Notes: a model not told the origin generated them from the letters alone. DNA of 64,000 nt from Bacillota bacterium (GCA_023421675.1 JAEZTC010000001.1:31388-95387); one strand, 5' to 3'; shown: positions 37,645-48,590, counted from the first letter of the stretch. A program made the numbers and translations.

Positions 37645-38343
37645 ATGCAAATACCTTCAAACCTTGTTAATGAACATTTTGATGACCGTTATTTTGACGT
37701 GGTTAGCGCGCTGGACGAAGCTCAGCAGATATATTTCAGGAATAATAATCTGATTGAACGGATTAGAATGGGGCTGCAATCAGAAACCCCTTTTATAATT
37801 GGTGAAACGGGCTTTGGCGCCGGCCGCGTGGTAGTTGCGCTTATGGAGTTCATCAGAAAAAGTGGTATGCAAAATGTTTCTATAGAATATAACACAGTTG
37901 AATTGTATCCTTTGGATCCTGATAGAATGCTGGATATCCTTAGCGGATTTAAAGAGCGAGCCGGTGAGGAGATAAGTACACTCGTGGAAGCATACCGAAG
38001 TATCGATATAACTGTGCCTGGTTGGCATTCAGTGAAAATACAGCAATCATTTGGTACGATACAGCTGAATCTATGGATAGGAGAAGCCCTTGAAATGGTG
38101 AGTTCTCTGGAAAAACCCTGTGATGTCTGGTTTCTTGATGGACATAGTCCCAAAAAGAACCCTTCAATTTGGCGGCCTGAGTTACTTATGGCAATCGGAA
38201 ACAAGACAAAAACCGGAGGCACTTGTGCTACTTTTACTGTAGCGGGTGTTGTAAAAAGTGCCCTCGTAGAAGCTGGCTTTACACTTAATAAATACCCTGG
38301 ATGTGGCGGAAAAAAACATGTGCTGCAAGGGGAAAAGTGTTGA
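37645..38343 (+). CDS. MnmC-like tRNA methyltransferase domain protein (DUF752)
   Basis: GETGFGAGRVVV...VWFLDGHSPKKNPSIWRPELL matches the DGF(S/A)P-KNP-W motif of the MnmC SAM-dependent methyltransferase domain. Confidence 0.7.
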   Translation: MQIPSNLVNEHFDDRYFDVVSALDEAQQIYFRNNNLIERIRMGLQSETPFIIGETGFGAGRVVVALMEFIRKSGMQNVSIEYNTVELYPLDPDRMLDILSGFKERAGEEISTLVEAYRSIDITVPGWHSVKIQQSFGTIQLNLWIGEALEMVSSLEKPCDVWFLDGHSPKKNPSIWRPELLMAIGNKTKTGGTCATFTVAGVVKSALVEAGFTLNKYPGCGGKKHVLQGEKC

Positions 38344-38649
38344 TTTTGCTTAATAATATGATTTTAACCAGTATAAGAATGTAGTGCCATTGCGTATTAA
38401 TGGTGCTTTTTATTACTTTGGGTAGATTTGGTGGTATTTCCAGTTTCCCTGATGGTATAGCAGGAAATATTGTAATTATGATCTGGAATTTGATACAATA
38501 AATTTACATAAACGGAAATAAAAGTTGACAAATAAGGAGGTGATATATTAAAAACTGATATTGTTCACAAACATACTGAATGTGGCTTTTTTAGGTACAT
38601 CAAAGGTGTGGAAGTAAACAATTGGATAGTTTGGAAAGGAGAATTAACA

Positions 38650-39249
38650 ATGAAGAAATCAGTAAAAATGTTCTCGCTTTTTATGGTTTTAACATTTATT
38701 TTCTCGGCTTTCTGTGCAAATGTATGGGCGCAGAACTACAGTGATCTTCTTACACAAAGCCTGACGGTTCCGCTCGGACAACTGACATATTATATTGATA
38801 GTTCCGCATCAGGGAGTTCAACCCAGATTAAAGCTGCAATGAATGCATGGTCAACAGCATCAGGCGGAAGGATTAATTTTACATCAAGCTCGGCAAGTTC
38901 AGCCACAATTGTTTTCAAGAAGCAATCAACTTTTCCTTCTGCAATTAGTACTGCCAATGGGTATGTACTGTATTACAGCAGCGGAACATCGTTGAATACA
39001 CCGGGAGGTTATCCTTCACAAGATTGGACAAAATGTGAAGTCTATATAAAGTCCGGATTGACAAGTGCGCAGACTCAGCGTACAGCTTGCCATGAAATCG
39101 GACATTGCCTTGGTTTGGACCATCCGTTTAATGATGGTCTGACAAGCAGTATCATGTATGTAAGCGGACATGCAAAAGCCTCAAACACTCCCACCCAAGA
39201 GGATATCGCCAACCTGGAAGAAAAGTATACCGAACCATGGCATTGGTAG
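38650..39249 (+). CDS. secreted zinc metalloprotease (metzincin/matrixin-like)
   Basis: Signal peptide. HEIGHCLGLDH (HExxHxxGxxH) followed by a Met-turn (SIMYV). RBS is AAAGGAG. Confidence 0.8.
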   Translation: MKKSVKMFSLFMVLTFIFSAFCANVWAQNYSDLLTQSLTVPLGQLTYYIDSSASGSSTQIKAAMNAWSTASGGRINFTSSSASSATIVFKKQSTFPSAISTANGYVLYYSSGTSLNTPGGYPSQDWTKCEVYIKSGLTSAQTQRTACHEIGHCLGLDHPFNDGLTSSIMYVSGHAKASNTPTQEDIANLEEKYTEPWHW

Positions 39250-39320
39250 GTTGTCCTTGCTTTTCCTGGAACAAGGATGGGTGATTTAAATAATAACATC
39301 ATAAAATGAAGAAATTTCCC

Positions 39321-39365
39321 AAAGCAAGACTTTGTTGTTAAAAGCAGAGTCTTGCTTTGTTTTAT
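39321..39365 (+). terminator. rho-independent terminator
   Basis: AAAGCAAGACT and AGTCTTGCTTT stem followed by GTTTT. Confidence 0.75.
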
Positions 39366-39681
39366 GAAGAGGTCGTACTGTCATTGACTGCTGTTGAGGG
39401 AGGGAACAGGCATATTACTTCACCATGAAACAGCTTGAATGCAAAGCGTTCAACGGGTATTTACATTGGGAGAGTGTTTATAAATGTTATATCTTCAATG
39501 TTTCGTCTTTGTTAATCCGGGAAATAAGGGGTGTTAGGGGACTTTTAACTTGCGGGAATATTATTGCATTTATACAAAAAAGTGGAAGTTGTTGACTGCA
39601 TAAAAAATGATTAAAAACTTACTTTTCTTATTTATTATAATGTATAATATGTTTAAATCATATGTTCAGATGAGGAATTAT

Positions 39682-40935
39682 ATGAAAAAAGTACTATTAT
39701 TATTTATTGTAGTTTGTTCAATTTCTATTATAGTTGGCTGTTCAAAGAATGCACCTATGCAAACACAACAACTAACATCACAGAAAGCAGCACCCACACT
39801 TACACAGGCTAAACTGCCGACATCTAGTAATGTAACACCTAAACTAACACAGACTAAACAATCCACATTTAGTGATGTACAGACGGAATTTGCCAATGAT
39901 GTGAAAATAGGCAGTAATCGTGTTGAAAAGATATATTGCTGGGAAGATTTTATTCATGATGATTCAAAAGGTGCAAATGAGCAAAAACAGACGACAGTTA
40001 TTTACGATCCTAGCGATCAACTTTTTGATGACAGTCAGAAGGCGTCTTTTATAAAAACCTATCTGCAAGGACAGGGGCAATATAAGGAAGTACCGGATGG
40101 CGTGACTTTAGATAATGAAGGAAGGCCCTTGGTGGAATATTATTTTAACCAAGATAAAAGCAAGCTCAGTTTCGTAGTTCATATGTGGGGAAATTATCTC
40201 ACAGATTTTGATGCGGGTACTCGTGTTAAAACTGATGCAATATATTGTACTACACTTCATTTGGATGACTTAAATAAAGTAGGAAATCTCATCTCAAAAT
40301 ATGAACCAGAAAAGAATGTGACAGAAGAAAAATTATATGATGCGCAAGGTAAGCATATGGCAAGTATTTCCTATCAGTATATTAAAGGAGTTCCATTTCC
40401 ATTTATTACGAACTCTTGGAATTTAAACACTTGCCCTGAATTGATTCGAGACGGGTTATGCAGAAATCAGAAGATCTGGTTTTATAAGGAACAGTCTCAA
40501 TTTGATGATTCGGGTAAATGGATCGGATACAATGGCTATAAAAATGAATACGATACAAAAGAGTATTTTAAATACCCAAGTAGTAGCTCTTATAACTCGT
40601 CTGAACTCAAAAAAATTACTGAAGAACGGCAAGATTGTGATTCAAATGAGTTTACCAAAGATTCTTCTGGTGAAATGAAATTGAATTATCATGATGGTAT
40701 GCTTAATAGCATTGATTATTGGCGTTCTTCAAGTGTTCATGGTACATGGGATTCCAGTGGGAAAATATATTATGATAAAAAAGGAAGAATGATAGATAAT
40801 GATTACTATGTAACAAGTGGTGGTCAGGATAAAATTTTTCTTTATCAAGGTGAATCAAGAATGCCATGGGCTTGCATTTACTGGGATAGTTTTATAAATA
40901 ACTTTGAGAAAATTTATCTATTCATTCCTGCTTAA
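39682..40935 (+). CDS. lipoprotein, hypothetical
   Basis: MKKVLLLFIVVCSISIIVGCSKN (signal peptide plus lipobox). 417 aa, no recognised domain. Confidence 0.7.
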   Translation: MKKVLLLFIVVCSISIIVGCSKNAPMQTQQLTSQKAAPTLTQAKLPTSSNVTPKLTQTKQSTFSDVQTEFANDVKIGSNRVEKIYCWEDFIHDDSKGANEQKQTTVIYDPSDQLFDDSQKASFIKTYLQGQGQYKEVPDGVTLDNEGRPLVEYYFNQDKSKLSFVVHMWGNYLTDFDAGTRVKTDAIYCTTLHLDDLNKVGNLISKYEPEKNVTEEKLYDAQGKHMASISYQYIKGVPFPFITNSWNLNTCPELIRDGLCRNQKIWFYKEQSQFDDSGKWIGYNGYKNEYDTKEYFKYPSSSSYNSSELKKITEERQDCDSNEFTKDSSGEMKLNYHDGMLNSIDYWRSSSVHGTWDSSGKIYYDKKGRMIDNDYYVTSGGQDKIFLYQGESRMPWACIYWDSFINNFEKIYLFIPA

Positions 40936-41020
40936 AACTGAGGATATTTTGTGAATGTTTACTTTATTAAGTTGGAATTAAAACAAAACTGAATAACATA
41001 GCAGCTTGGTGCAAAACTTA

Positions 41021-41218
41021 TTAGCCCTTCAATATCCCTAAATACCTATCCAGCCTTTCCTCAACATACCCTCCCACAAGAAGTGCCATTTGTTCGCGGC
41101 TGCCGGTCTCATAATAAGAGGAAAAGCAGTCATAATATTTCTTGCGGTCACTAAACTTAATATTGACTGCCGGAAAGCCTGCTGAGTTTAACTCAAACTT
41201 AAGAAGTATACCGGACAA
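41021..41218 (-). CDS. small ORF / possible gene remnant downstream of the MBL hydrolase
   Basis: 65 aa. Starts 2 nt after the MBL-hydrolase stop codon. No motif. Confidence 0.25.
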   Translation of the reverse strand: MSGILLKFELNSAGFPAVNIKFSDRKKYYDCFSSYYETGSREQMALLVGGYVEERLDRYLGILKG

Positions 41219-41220
41219 TG

Positions 41221-41919
41221 TTATCCTTGTCTTTTATATATTCCTCCATGGTAGCAAATGTAAGTTTCAGCATCATAGTCCAATATCTTTGAAATGCTTT
41301 TCTTTGCATTTTCCATATCTAACGTAAACTCTGGGTTTGCAACGACCAATTGACTGTTTTGTAATGCAGCAGCATCGCCTGTTATGAGAATTCTTTTATT
41401 TTTAAAATATAAAGATATATGCCCTGGTGTATGTCCGGGAGTGCTAATGATCTCGCATCCGCCGCACCAGTTCATAACTTCGCCGTCATGCACTAATATA
41501 TCTACCTCAACAGGTTTAACACTTTTTAGAACTTTACAAAAAGCCAATCCAAATGACTTCTGCTCTTCACTTAAGGTATTTTGAAGTAACTCTGCCTGTT
41601 CTAGCCTTAATGATTTCTTCTCTCCCGCAATATAGGGAGCTTCAATTTCACTTGAAATAATTTTTATCTGAGGATATTTTTGTTTAAAATCTGCTAAGGC
41701 ACCCATGTGGTCATGGTCATGATGTGTAATAAGGATTTTAGTCAGATGGCTGCAATCCAGGTTTTCAGATTTAATGGCATCTTCTATAACAGACATAAAG
41801 CCTATATATCCACAATCAATCAGTATCATTTCATTGTCATCTTTTAAAACAACAGGGTGAATAGTACCCTCCATATCTCCAAATTTATACTTTACATTTA
41901 AGATAATAATATTTTCCAT
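41221..41919 (-). CDS. MBL-fold metallo-hydrolase
   Basis: HHDHDHMG (HxHxDH) motif. AAGGA RBS. Confidence 0.85.
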   Translation of the reverse strand: MENIIILNVKYKFGDMEGTIHPVVLKDDNEMILIDCGYIGFMSVIEDAIKSENLDCSHLTKILITHHDHDHMGALADFKQKYPQIKIISSEIEAPYIAGEKKSLRLEQAELLQNTLSEEQKSFGLAFCKVLKSVKPVEVDILVHDGEVMNWCGGCEIISTPGHTPGHISLYFKNKRILITGDAAALQNSQLVVANPEFTLDMENAKKSISKILDYDAETYICYHGGIYKRQG

Positions 41920-42307
41920 AAGGTGTCCTTTGGGTTAATCATCATTAATGCTCATAATTTTACCATGGCACATTTATGATATCAAGATTTTTCCATATGG
42001 TTAAATGATTAATGAAGATCTATATAATGAGGAATTACTTTTAGTGCTGTTTTTCTTGATATGTTTTTATCACTTATTCATTATATTCAATTCATCCACT
42101 TATCTCAGTACCTGATGTTCCATGGGCTTTTCTTATAATTATTGTTAGAAAAACGACTCAAAGCTCTTTAAATATCTGTATCCTCTTGAACGTATGTAAA
42201 AGTTAATTGTAGACTTCCATTTGAAGAACGAAGCAAGGAAGTGTTCCAGAATATTTCTCGATACATATGATAAAGAAGAATCATGTTTACTGGGTAGGAA
42301 CACTTGG

Positions 42308-43075
42308 ATGAACATCGATAATAACAATAAAATCCCCTGTACAGAGATATTATGCGATACAAGGACGATAGCAGAGGTTCAGAGTGAAACAGTGTCGCCG
42401 ACTGGCTATTATGGTCCGTTAATTGCCCAGATTCCGGTGCTTGTTTCAAAAAACAAAGTACAAATTCACGTTGAAGCTAACATCAACCTCAAATGTTCTT
42501 TGACAGCCATCCGTAACTGCACTAGGGATGTTTTTATAACGCAATGCAAGCTCTTGGATCTTAATAATCAAAAAAATGGCAAGCTATATTTAAACGGTTA
42601 TGTAAGAGAAAGTATTGAATATGCTGCCACTAATTACATAAGGGATATGAAATCCAGTGGAGATATCCGATATACAGTAGTAAAAATCCCATTTGAATGC
42701 ACTGCAAAAATTAGCTATTATACAGCTCCTACAATAAAAACAAAGAATCGCTTTGTCAATATCGCGCTCTCTGCCATGTGCAATACACCTGAAAATCGGT
42801 GTAATGCTTCGACAGCACAAAACTTGGAGTGCTATGTCACAGCATCCGGCTATGGTTCAGCAAACATGTTCTGTGAATTGGATGAGGTAATTATTCTGGA
42901 ATTGGGTGAGCAATGCGAAACTGCTTTATCTGAAAAAAAAACGCCAGATAAGCATACCTTTGCTGAGCATATTATCATTTCCATTACTTTTACGCTTGCA
43001 CAGTGGCAATGGGTAAATATTCCCAAATTTCCTACCTATCCTACCTATAACGGGCAATATAAATCGTTAAGGTAA
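42308..43075 (+). CDS. hypothetical protein, paralogue A of a tandem pair
   Basis: Shares IPVL...VQ(I/V)xVE...VF(I/V)xQC...GKL(Y/F)L(N/S)G(Y/F)V...IE(Y/F)A...IR(Y/H)T(V/T)V..PF.C..KI with the next gene. Start chosen by analogy (MNIDNNN versus MNNDNS). Confidence 0.55.
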   Translation: MNIDNNNKIPCTEILCDTRTIAEVQSETVSPTGYYGPLIAQIPVLVSKNKVQIHVEANINLKCSLTAIRNCTRDVFITQCKLLDLNNQKNGKLYLNGYVRESIEYAATNYIRDMKSSGDIRYTVVKIPFECTAKISYYTAPTIKTKNRFVNIALSAMCNTPENRCNASTAQNLECYVTASGYGSANMFCELDEVIILELGEQCETALSEKKTPDKHTFAEHIIISITFTLAQWQWVNIPKFPTYPTYNGQYKSLR

Positions 43076-43254
43076 TGTAAAAAAAATCTGAAACTGCAAT
43101 CCTTAACATAAGATTATTATTTTTTTATTTCATGCTTCGACAATAATTGCTTAAAAATTGGTTTACATAATGAACATTATTGTAAACGTATTCATATAAT
43201 AGGACTATATAGTATTGAAGATAGCAGATCGATTTTGTAATAGGAGGAATAATT

Positions 43255-43992
43255 ATGAACAATGATAATAGTTGCAAAGCCGGTATAATTAAATCCCATA
43301 CCGTCCCTGAATGCTCCAGTGAAGAATTAATACCTAAAGGATATGAATGTCCTGTGGTAGGGAAAATACCTGTAGTACTTGCCGAGCCTGTTGTTCAGGT
43401 TGATGTAGAGTCGATAATTCAGCTGGAAGAACCTGCATTTGAAATTAAAAGAATTAAAAAAAATGTTTTTGTTAACCAATGTACAATAGTTGATACTGGA
43501 TGTGGCAAAAGCGGAAAACTATTTTTGAGCGGTTTTGTTAAAAAGAATATTGAGTTTGCTACAGCTGATTGCAGCAGTGAAGACAACAAAAGCGTAAGCG
43601 GTAGAATACGCCACACAACAGTAAATGTACCCTTTAGCTGTGTAACCAAGATACATTTCATTACCCCACCACAGCTAAGCAAGAAGGGAAATACAGAAGA
43701 AACTGCGTCCTTTTTTAAAGAAATAAAAGAGGATGAATTCTGTTGTCAAAAGATTATGGGACGTGACCCATGCGAGATGGCCTTTGAGCACACTGAATTC
43801 TTCAATGAGAAAATATTCTGTGAACTGGTTGAAGCAAAGATTTTTGAAGATGATGTCCCGAAAGATCAAAAGCCATTTGGATGCGAATGCAGAAACGATT
43901 TCATCTTTGATAAAATTGAAGAAAAAATGGTAGTTCTTATAAGATTAAAGATTTTACAGAAACAGCAGGTAAGAATTTCGGAACACAAATAA
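43255..43992 (+). CDS. hypothetical protein, paralogue B
   Basis: Strong RBS TAGGAGGAATAATT-ATG. Paralogous to 42308-43075. Confidence 0.65.
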   Translation: MNNDNSCKAGIIKSHTVPECSSEELIPKGYECPVVGKIPVVLAEPVVQVDVESIIQLEEPAFEIKRIKKNVFVNQCTIVDTGCGKSGKLFLSGFVKKNIEFATADCSSEDNKSVSGRIRHTTVNVPFSCVTKIHFITPPQLSKKGNTEETASFFKEIKEDEFCCQKIMGRDPCEMAFEHTEFFNEKIFCELVEAKIFEDDVPKDQKPFGCECRNDFIFDKIEEKMVVLIRLKILQKQQVRISEHK

Positions 43993-44252
43993 TCTCTTGG
44001 GGGCATAATAGTGCAAATGTTGCAAGTATAAGAAAAACATATGGGATTAAAAGTGGTACAGAAGGTTTGACAATATAATAAAATATGCAAAGAATATCCC
44101 ATAGGACATTTAATACTTATGGGATATTTTTTCGATTATTTTATTGCCGGAAAGCTTCTGAAGAAACTATATTATGTTTTAAAAGATTTAAAAATGGTAA
44201 TATATCACTAATGGATTATCCAACGTTTTATTTATAGAAGGGAATTGAAAAG

Positions 44253-45095
44253 ATGAGTGAATTAAGGACAGTGAAAAAAATTACCCAAGGCAAGCATACG
44301 GTTGATGGTGCGGGTGTTAAGCTGGTGCGGGTAATAGGATACCATGACACGAAGGATTATGACCCATTTCTAATGTTGGATGCTTTTGATTCCGAAAATC
44401 AGGATGATTACACCAAAGGGTTTCCATGGCATCCCCATAGAGGAATTGAAACGATAACATACCTGATACAAGGTGATATCGAGCATGGTGACAGCCTCGG
44501 TAACACTGGGAGTATAAGGGATGGAGATTGTCAGTGGATGACGGCCGGATCCGGAATCATTCATCAGGAGATGCCCCAGCCATCAGTACGAATGCTGGGG
44601 ACACAGCTTTGGCTTAACTTGCCGGCAAAGGAAAAGATGACGGCTCCAAGTTATGGGGACATTAAAAAAGAAAAAATTCCTGTAATTGTTGAGGGCGGGA
44701 ATAGAATACATATTATTGCAGGAGACTATCTGGGGACAAAGGGCGCATTTGAAGGCAGCCATGTAAAAGCTACTTATCTGGATGTCGAAATAGAGGAAGG
44801 CAGTGAATGGCACTTTGATAGTGAGGAGAGTTCAACGCTGTTTATATACATTGTCCAGGGCAAAGGTAGATTTGAACCTGAAAGCAATACAACAATAACA
44901 GAAAGACAGGCTGTTTTGTTTAACACAGGGCGTAGATTTTGGGTGCATGCATCGGATAGTGGTATAAGATTTCTGCTTTTTTCAGCGAGACCACTTAATG
45001 AGCCAATCGCCTGGGGAGGTCCTATTGTGATGAATACAAAGGAGGAGCTTGATTTGGCCTTCAAGGAACTTGAGGAGAATAAATTTATTAAATAG
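44253..45095 (+). CDS. pirin-family protein
   Basis: HPHRGIETITY signature and a bicupin layout. Confidence 0.9.
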   Translation: MSELRTVKKITQGKHTVDGAGVKLVRVIGYHDTKDYDPFLMLDAFDSENQDDYTKGFPWHPHRGIETITYLIQGDIEHGDSLGNTGSIRDGDCQWMTAGSGIIHQEMPQPSVRMLGTQLWLNLPAKEKMTAPSYGDIKKEKIPVIVEGGNRIHIIAGDYLGTKGAFEGSHVKATYLDVEIEEGSEWHFDSEESSTLFIYIVQGKGRFEPESNTTITERQAVLFNTGRRFWVHASDSGIRFLLFSARPLNEPIAWGGPIVMNTKEELDLAFKELEENKFIK

Positions 45096-45316
45096 TAAAC
45101 AAACAATTCTCATTTTAGATAGAATTCTTTATATGTTAAATCAGGAGGCCCTTCATGGGAAAGCATAAGGACGGACACAGCTACATGAGTTGTGTTGGCT
45201 TAATAAGAAAAATTGATGATATTCCAGAATTCCCAAGGATTTAGATGCAGTTAAGAAGGAAAGAGAGATTCAAATAGAATTGATGAAGAGTGTTTAGTTT
45301 GAGGAGGTACAATCCT

Positions 45317-45682
45317 ATGTTTAAATATACAGGGGAAGAACTGGCAGAGGCACTGCTGGTTGTAATTTCTACTATTAGTAAATGCGAAAAAATACAGCCC
45401 AAATTTGCTGAGGGCACTTCACAACAGACACTTCTAAAGAACAGGATAAAAGCGCTATATATTTCAAAATCATTGATGACAGATGAAAATGTTTTGGGCA
45501 CATATACAAAAGAAGAATTGATGGAAGCACTACCCCCCATAGCTTCAATTATAAACAAATGTGAAAAAGCACAGCTGAAAGCTACAGAGGGTACGGTCCA
45601 TCACACTCGCCTTAAAAATATAATAAAAGCGATGTATATATCAAAAACATTAATAACAGATGAAATTAGTAAAAGGGATTAA
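45317..45682 (+). CDS. hypothetical protein with internal tandem duplication
   Basis: Two ~55-aa repeats (YTGEELAEAL...CEKIQPKFAEGT...LKNRIKALYISKSLMTDE versus YTKEELMEAL...CEKAQLKATEGT...LKNIIKAMYISKTLITDE). RBS is GAGGAGG. Confidence 0.6.
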   Translation: MFKYTGEELAEALLVVISTISKCEKIQPKFAEGTSQQTLLKNRIKALYISKSLMTDENVLGTYTKEELMEALPPIASIINKCEKAQLKATEGTVHHTRLKNIIKAMYISKTLITDEISKRD

Positions 45683-45721
45683 TGTTCATTACAATATTTT
45701 TATATATTGAATATCTATGGA

Positions 45722-46138
45722 TTAATCGTATATTACATTTTTTCCTTCATCACTTAACTTTTTTAAAGATGCTAGCATATTATTTATCTCTTCATCGGAA
45801 TGTCTTTCCCATGAACCTAATTCGGCTATTATTTTCAAAGGAAATTTAGACCTATATGAACGCGTTGGGTTTCCAGGGAATTTTTTGTCAGTTAAGTTTG
45901 GGTCATTTTCAAATTCACCTAATGGTTCTACAATATAAATTCTTTCTTTTGATTCAGATGTCGCTAATTCAGCACCCCATTTTGCAGCATTCAATGTTGC
46001 AGTAAAATAAATGTAGTTGGATTTTTTATTTTGGTAATTTGATAAGTGTTGTGGTTCCAATAAATCTCCAATTTTGAGTTCTGCTTTAGTACCATGAAAA
46101 AAAGGACCATTATCTAAAACATCTTTTTTGTCATTCAT
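45722..46138 (-). CDS. arr: NAD(+)--rifampin ADP-ribosyltransferase
   Basis: 138 aa. Aligns along its length with the Arr family: GPFFHGTKAELKIGDLL, IYFTA, WGAELA, YIVEPLGEFENDPNLTDKKFPGNPTRSYRS. Confidence 0.85.
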   Translation of the reverse strand: MNDKKDVLDNGPFFHGTKAELKIGDLLEPQHLSNYQNKKSNYIYFTATLNAAKWGAELATSESKERIYIVEPLGEFENDPNLTDKKFPGNPTRSYRSKFPLKIIAELGSWERHSDEEINNMLASLKKLSDEGKNVIYD

Positions 46139-46545
46139 GCGCAGTCTCCAATCTATTAATTTTATTAATCATATTTTAATGGCAGAGTGAAAGAAATAAT
46201 AGTCTGCATCTTAACTTTTATATATGATATAATTAAACTGGAGATAAAAAGTTATGCGTATAAGAAATAGATTTTAAGAGCCAATAACATTCTGCATATA
46301 TCCTCTGATAGAAAATAAAACAGTGCTAGCATTTAGCACTGTTTCTTAACTTATCTCAGATCCTTTTCTTCTTTCTAAACAGTATAGCTTTGATTCCAAA
46401 TGACCCCCGGAGGTAAGGGGGATTGTTCTATTGATTACATTCTTTCCATATGATAAGATTTGAAAATGGAAGGCGTTGCCATACCAAGGTCTGAAAAGTT
46501 ATGCTTGGTGACCGTCCCCATATTTTTTCTAAAGGATATTTTGAT

Positions 46546-47673
46546 ATGATTTGTAAAAATAATAGAGCTAAAGAAAAAGTGCACATAAAGTTATTGGCAT
46601 TGGTATCGGTAATTGTTGTTATGTTCTTTACAGCAAACTTTTACACCTATGCATGTACAATATTTACAAAAGAACAGGATGGAAAGGTATTAGTCGGAAA
46701 CAATGAGGATTATCTTTATCACATTAATTCCAGCATGACAGTCAAAGCTGCTGATAAAGATTCATATGGAATGGTGTTTTTCTCTAATTCCTCGTATGTT
46801 CAGGGAGGCATGAACGAAAAGGGATTGTTTTATGATGGAGCGGCTTGCCCCTCAACAAATGTGCCATATTCCAAAGATAAGCAAATCCTAGGCATGAATT
46901 TTGGAGAAGAGGTTCTTTCCAAATGTTCAAATGTGGACGAAGCAGTCGATTTTCTCAAAAAATATAATATCCCTAAGAGTTTTGGAGACCATTTACTGCT
47001 GGCAGATGCAACAGGTAAATCGGCAATTGTCGAATGGGTTCAGGATGAGATGAGAATAATACCGAAAGAGAAGGATTATCAGGTTGTAACTAATTTTTTC
47101 ATTTCCAACCCCGAATTAGGAGGGTATCCATGTAACAGGTATGAGACAGCCGAAGCAATGCTAAAAGGTTTTGATAATATCTCGTTGGCAAACTTTAAGG
47201 ATGTCCTTTCTAATGTCAAACAGGATTGGGGTGATGGAGGGACAAAATATTCAAACATTTACGACTTGAGAAACAAAATAGTGTATGTATTTAAAAAAGC
47301 AGATTTCGGCAGTGCTGCAAGCATTAATCTTTCCATAGAACTTGGAAAACTGAAACATGGTGAAAAAGAAAACTATAAAATAGAAGAGCTGTACTATGAG
47401 AAATTTGAGGATAATTCATTCAACCCAGTGGTTGACAGTTCAAGAATTGGTGACGCAAATGAAGAAAGTTCAGCTAATTCAGAAGTTAAAAATAAAATTA
47501 AATCAGATCAAACAGGAACAAATTTAAAGAATAAAAATGAATTATACAAAAACACAACCGAGAACGATTCGGCACTCATTTTGTGGGGTTCAATTTTGGG
47601 TATATTGGTAGTTGGTGGTGTGATTATCTTTCTTTTAAAGCACAAGAGCAAACATACAATAAAGAGTGAATAA
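46546..47673 (+). CDS. Ntn-hydrolase family protein (choloylglycine hydrolase/linear amide C-N hydrolase-like) with C-terminal TM anchor
   Basis: Signal peptide ending in the nucleophile Cys (FYTYA-CTIFT). S/N-rich linker and a C-terminal TM helix. Confidence 0.6.
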   Translation: MICKNNRAKEKVHIKLLALVSVIVVMFFTANFYTYACTIFTKEQDGKVLVGNNEDYLYHINSSMTVKAADKDSYGMVFFSNSSYVQGGMNEKGLFYDGAACPSTNVPYSKDKQILGMNFGEEVLSKCSNVDEAVDFLKKYNIPKSFGDHLLLADATGKSAIVEWVQDEMRIIPKEKDYQVVTNFFISNPELGGYPCNRYETAEAMLKGFDNISLANFKDVLSNVKQDWGDGGTKYSNIYDLRNKIVYVFKKADFGSAASINLSIELGKLKHGEKENYKIEELYYEKFEDNSFNPVVDSSRIGDANEESSANSEVKNKIKSDQTGTNLKNKNELYKNTTENDSALILWGSILGILVVGGVIIFLLKHKSKHTIKSE

Positions 47674-47792
47674 AACTCGTCCCCTTGATTTCAAAGGTAT
47701 ACGCGTGTTGTTAATATTTTCTCTATAAGTATTTTCTAATGTTATGAGTAATAATATTCATTGTACTAAAGGATCGAATTGAGGTGCGGCCA

Positions 47793-48377
47793 ATGACAAA
47801 AATGAATCCCAAGGTTGATGAATACCTTAATAAACTCACAAAATGGAAGCAGGAAATGGAAAAACTGAGAATGATACTTCTTGACTGTGAGCTGAACGAG
47901 GAATTCAAGTGGGGTAAACCCTGTTACACATTAGGTAAAGACAACATCGCTTTAATACATGGATTCAAAGAATACTGTGCACTTCTCTTTTTCAAAGGTG
48001 CCTTATTGAAGGACGCCAAGGGCATTCTGACTCAGCAGACCGAGAATGTCCAAGCTGGGCGTCAGGTACGGTTCACAGATGTTAATAAAATTGTTGAGAT
48101 GGAAGGTACCTTGAAAGACTATATAAATGAAGCCATTGATATAGAAAAAGCGGGGTTACAGGTGGATTTAAAAAAGAGTATTGAAGCCATCCCGGAAGAA
48201 TTGCAAAATAAGTTCAATGAAAACTCTGATTTGAAAGCTGCATTCGGAAAATTAACACCAGGACGCCAAAGAGCATATGTCCTTTACTTTTCACAGCCCA
48301 AACAATCAAAAACCCGGGAGTCAAGGATTGGAAAATATGTGCAGCAAATCCTTAATGGAAAGGGACTGAATGATTAG
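47793..48377 (+). CDS. DUF1801/YdeI-family protein
   Basis: KVDEYLNKL...WGKPCY...ALIHGFKEYCALLFFKGALL pattern. GAGGTG RBS. Confidence 0.55.
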   Translation: MTKMNPKVDEYLNKLTKWKQEMEKLRMILLDCELNEEFKWGKPCYTLGKDNIALIHGFKEYCALLFFKGALLKDAKGILTQQTENVQAGRQVRFTDVNKIVEMEGTLKDYINEAIDIEKAGLQVDLKKSIEAIPEELQNKFNENSDLKAAFGKLTPGRQRAYVLYFSQPKQSKTRESRIGKYVQQILNGKGLND

Positions 48378-48590
48378 TGTATTTTAATAATGCCCATTCA
48401 GACCGTAACTTATTAAATCACAAATTATGCTCTATCCATCCTTATCTTTTTTCTTCTCTTTTCATAATTAGATTAACCTTTTCTTGACGTTATCCATTTG
48501 AGAAAATAATCTGCAAGCTATTCAGATTTAACCCAAACTGGTCGAATGTGTGATATGCTTAAATGGTAAGTTTTGAGAGGAGAGATCGTC

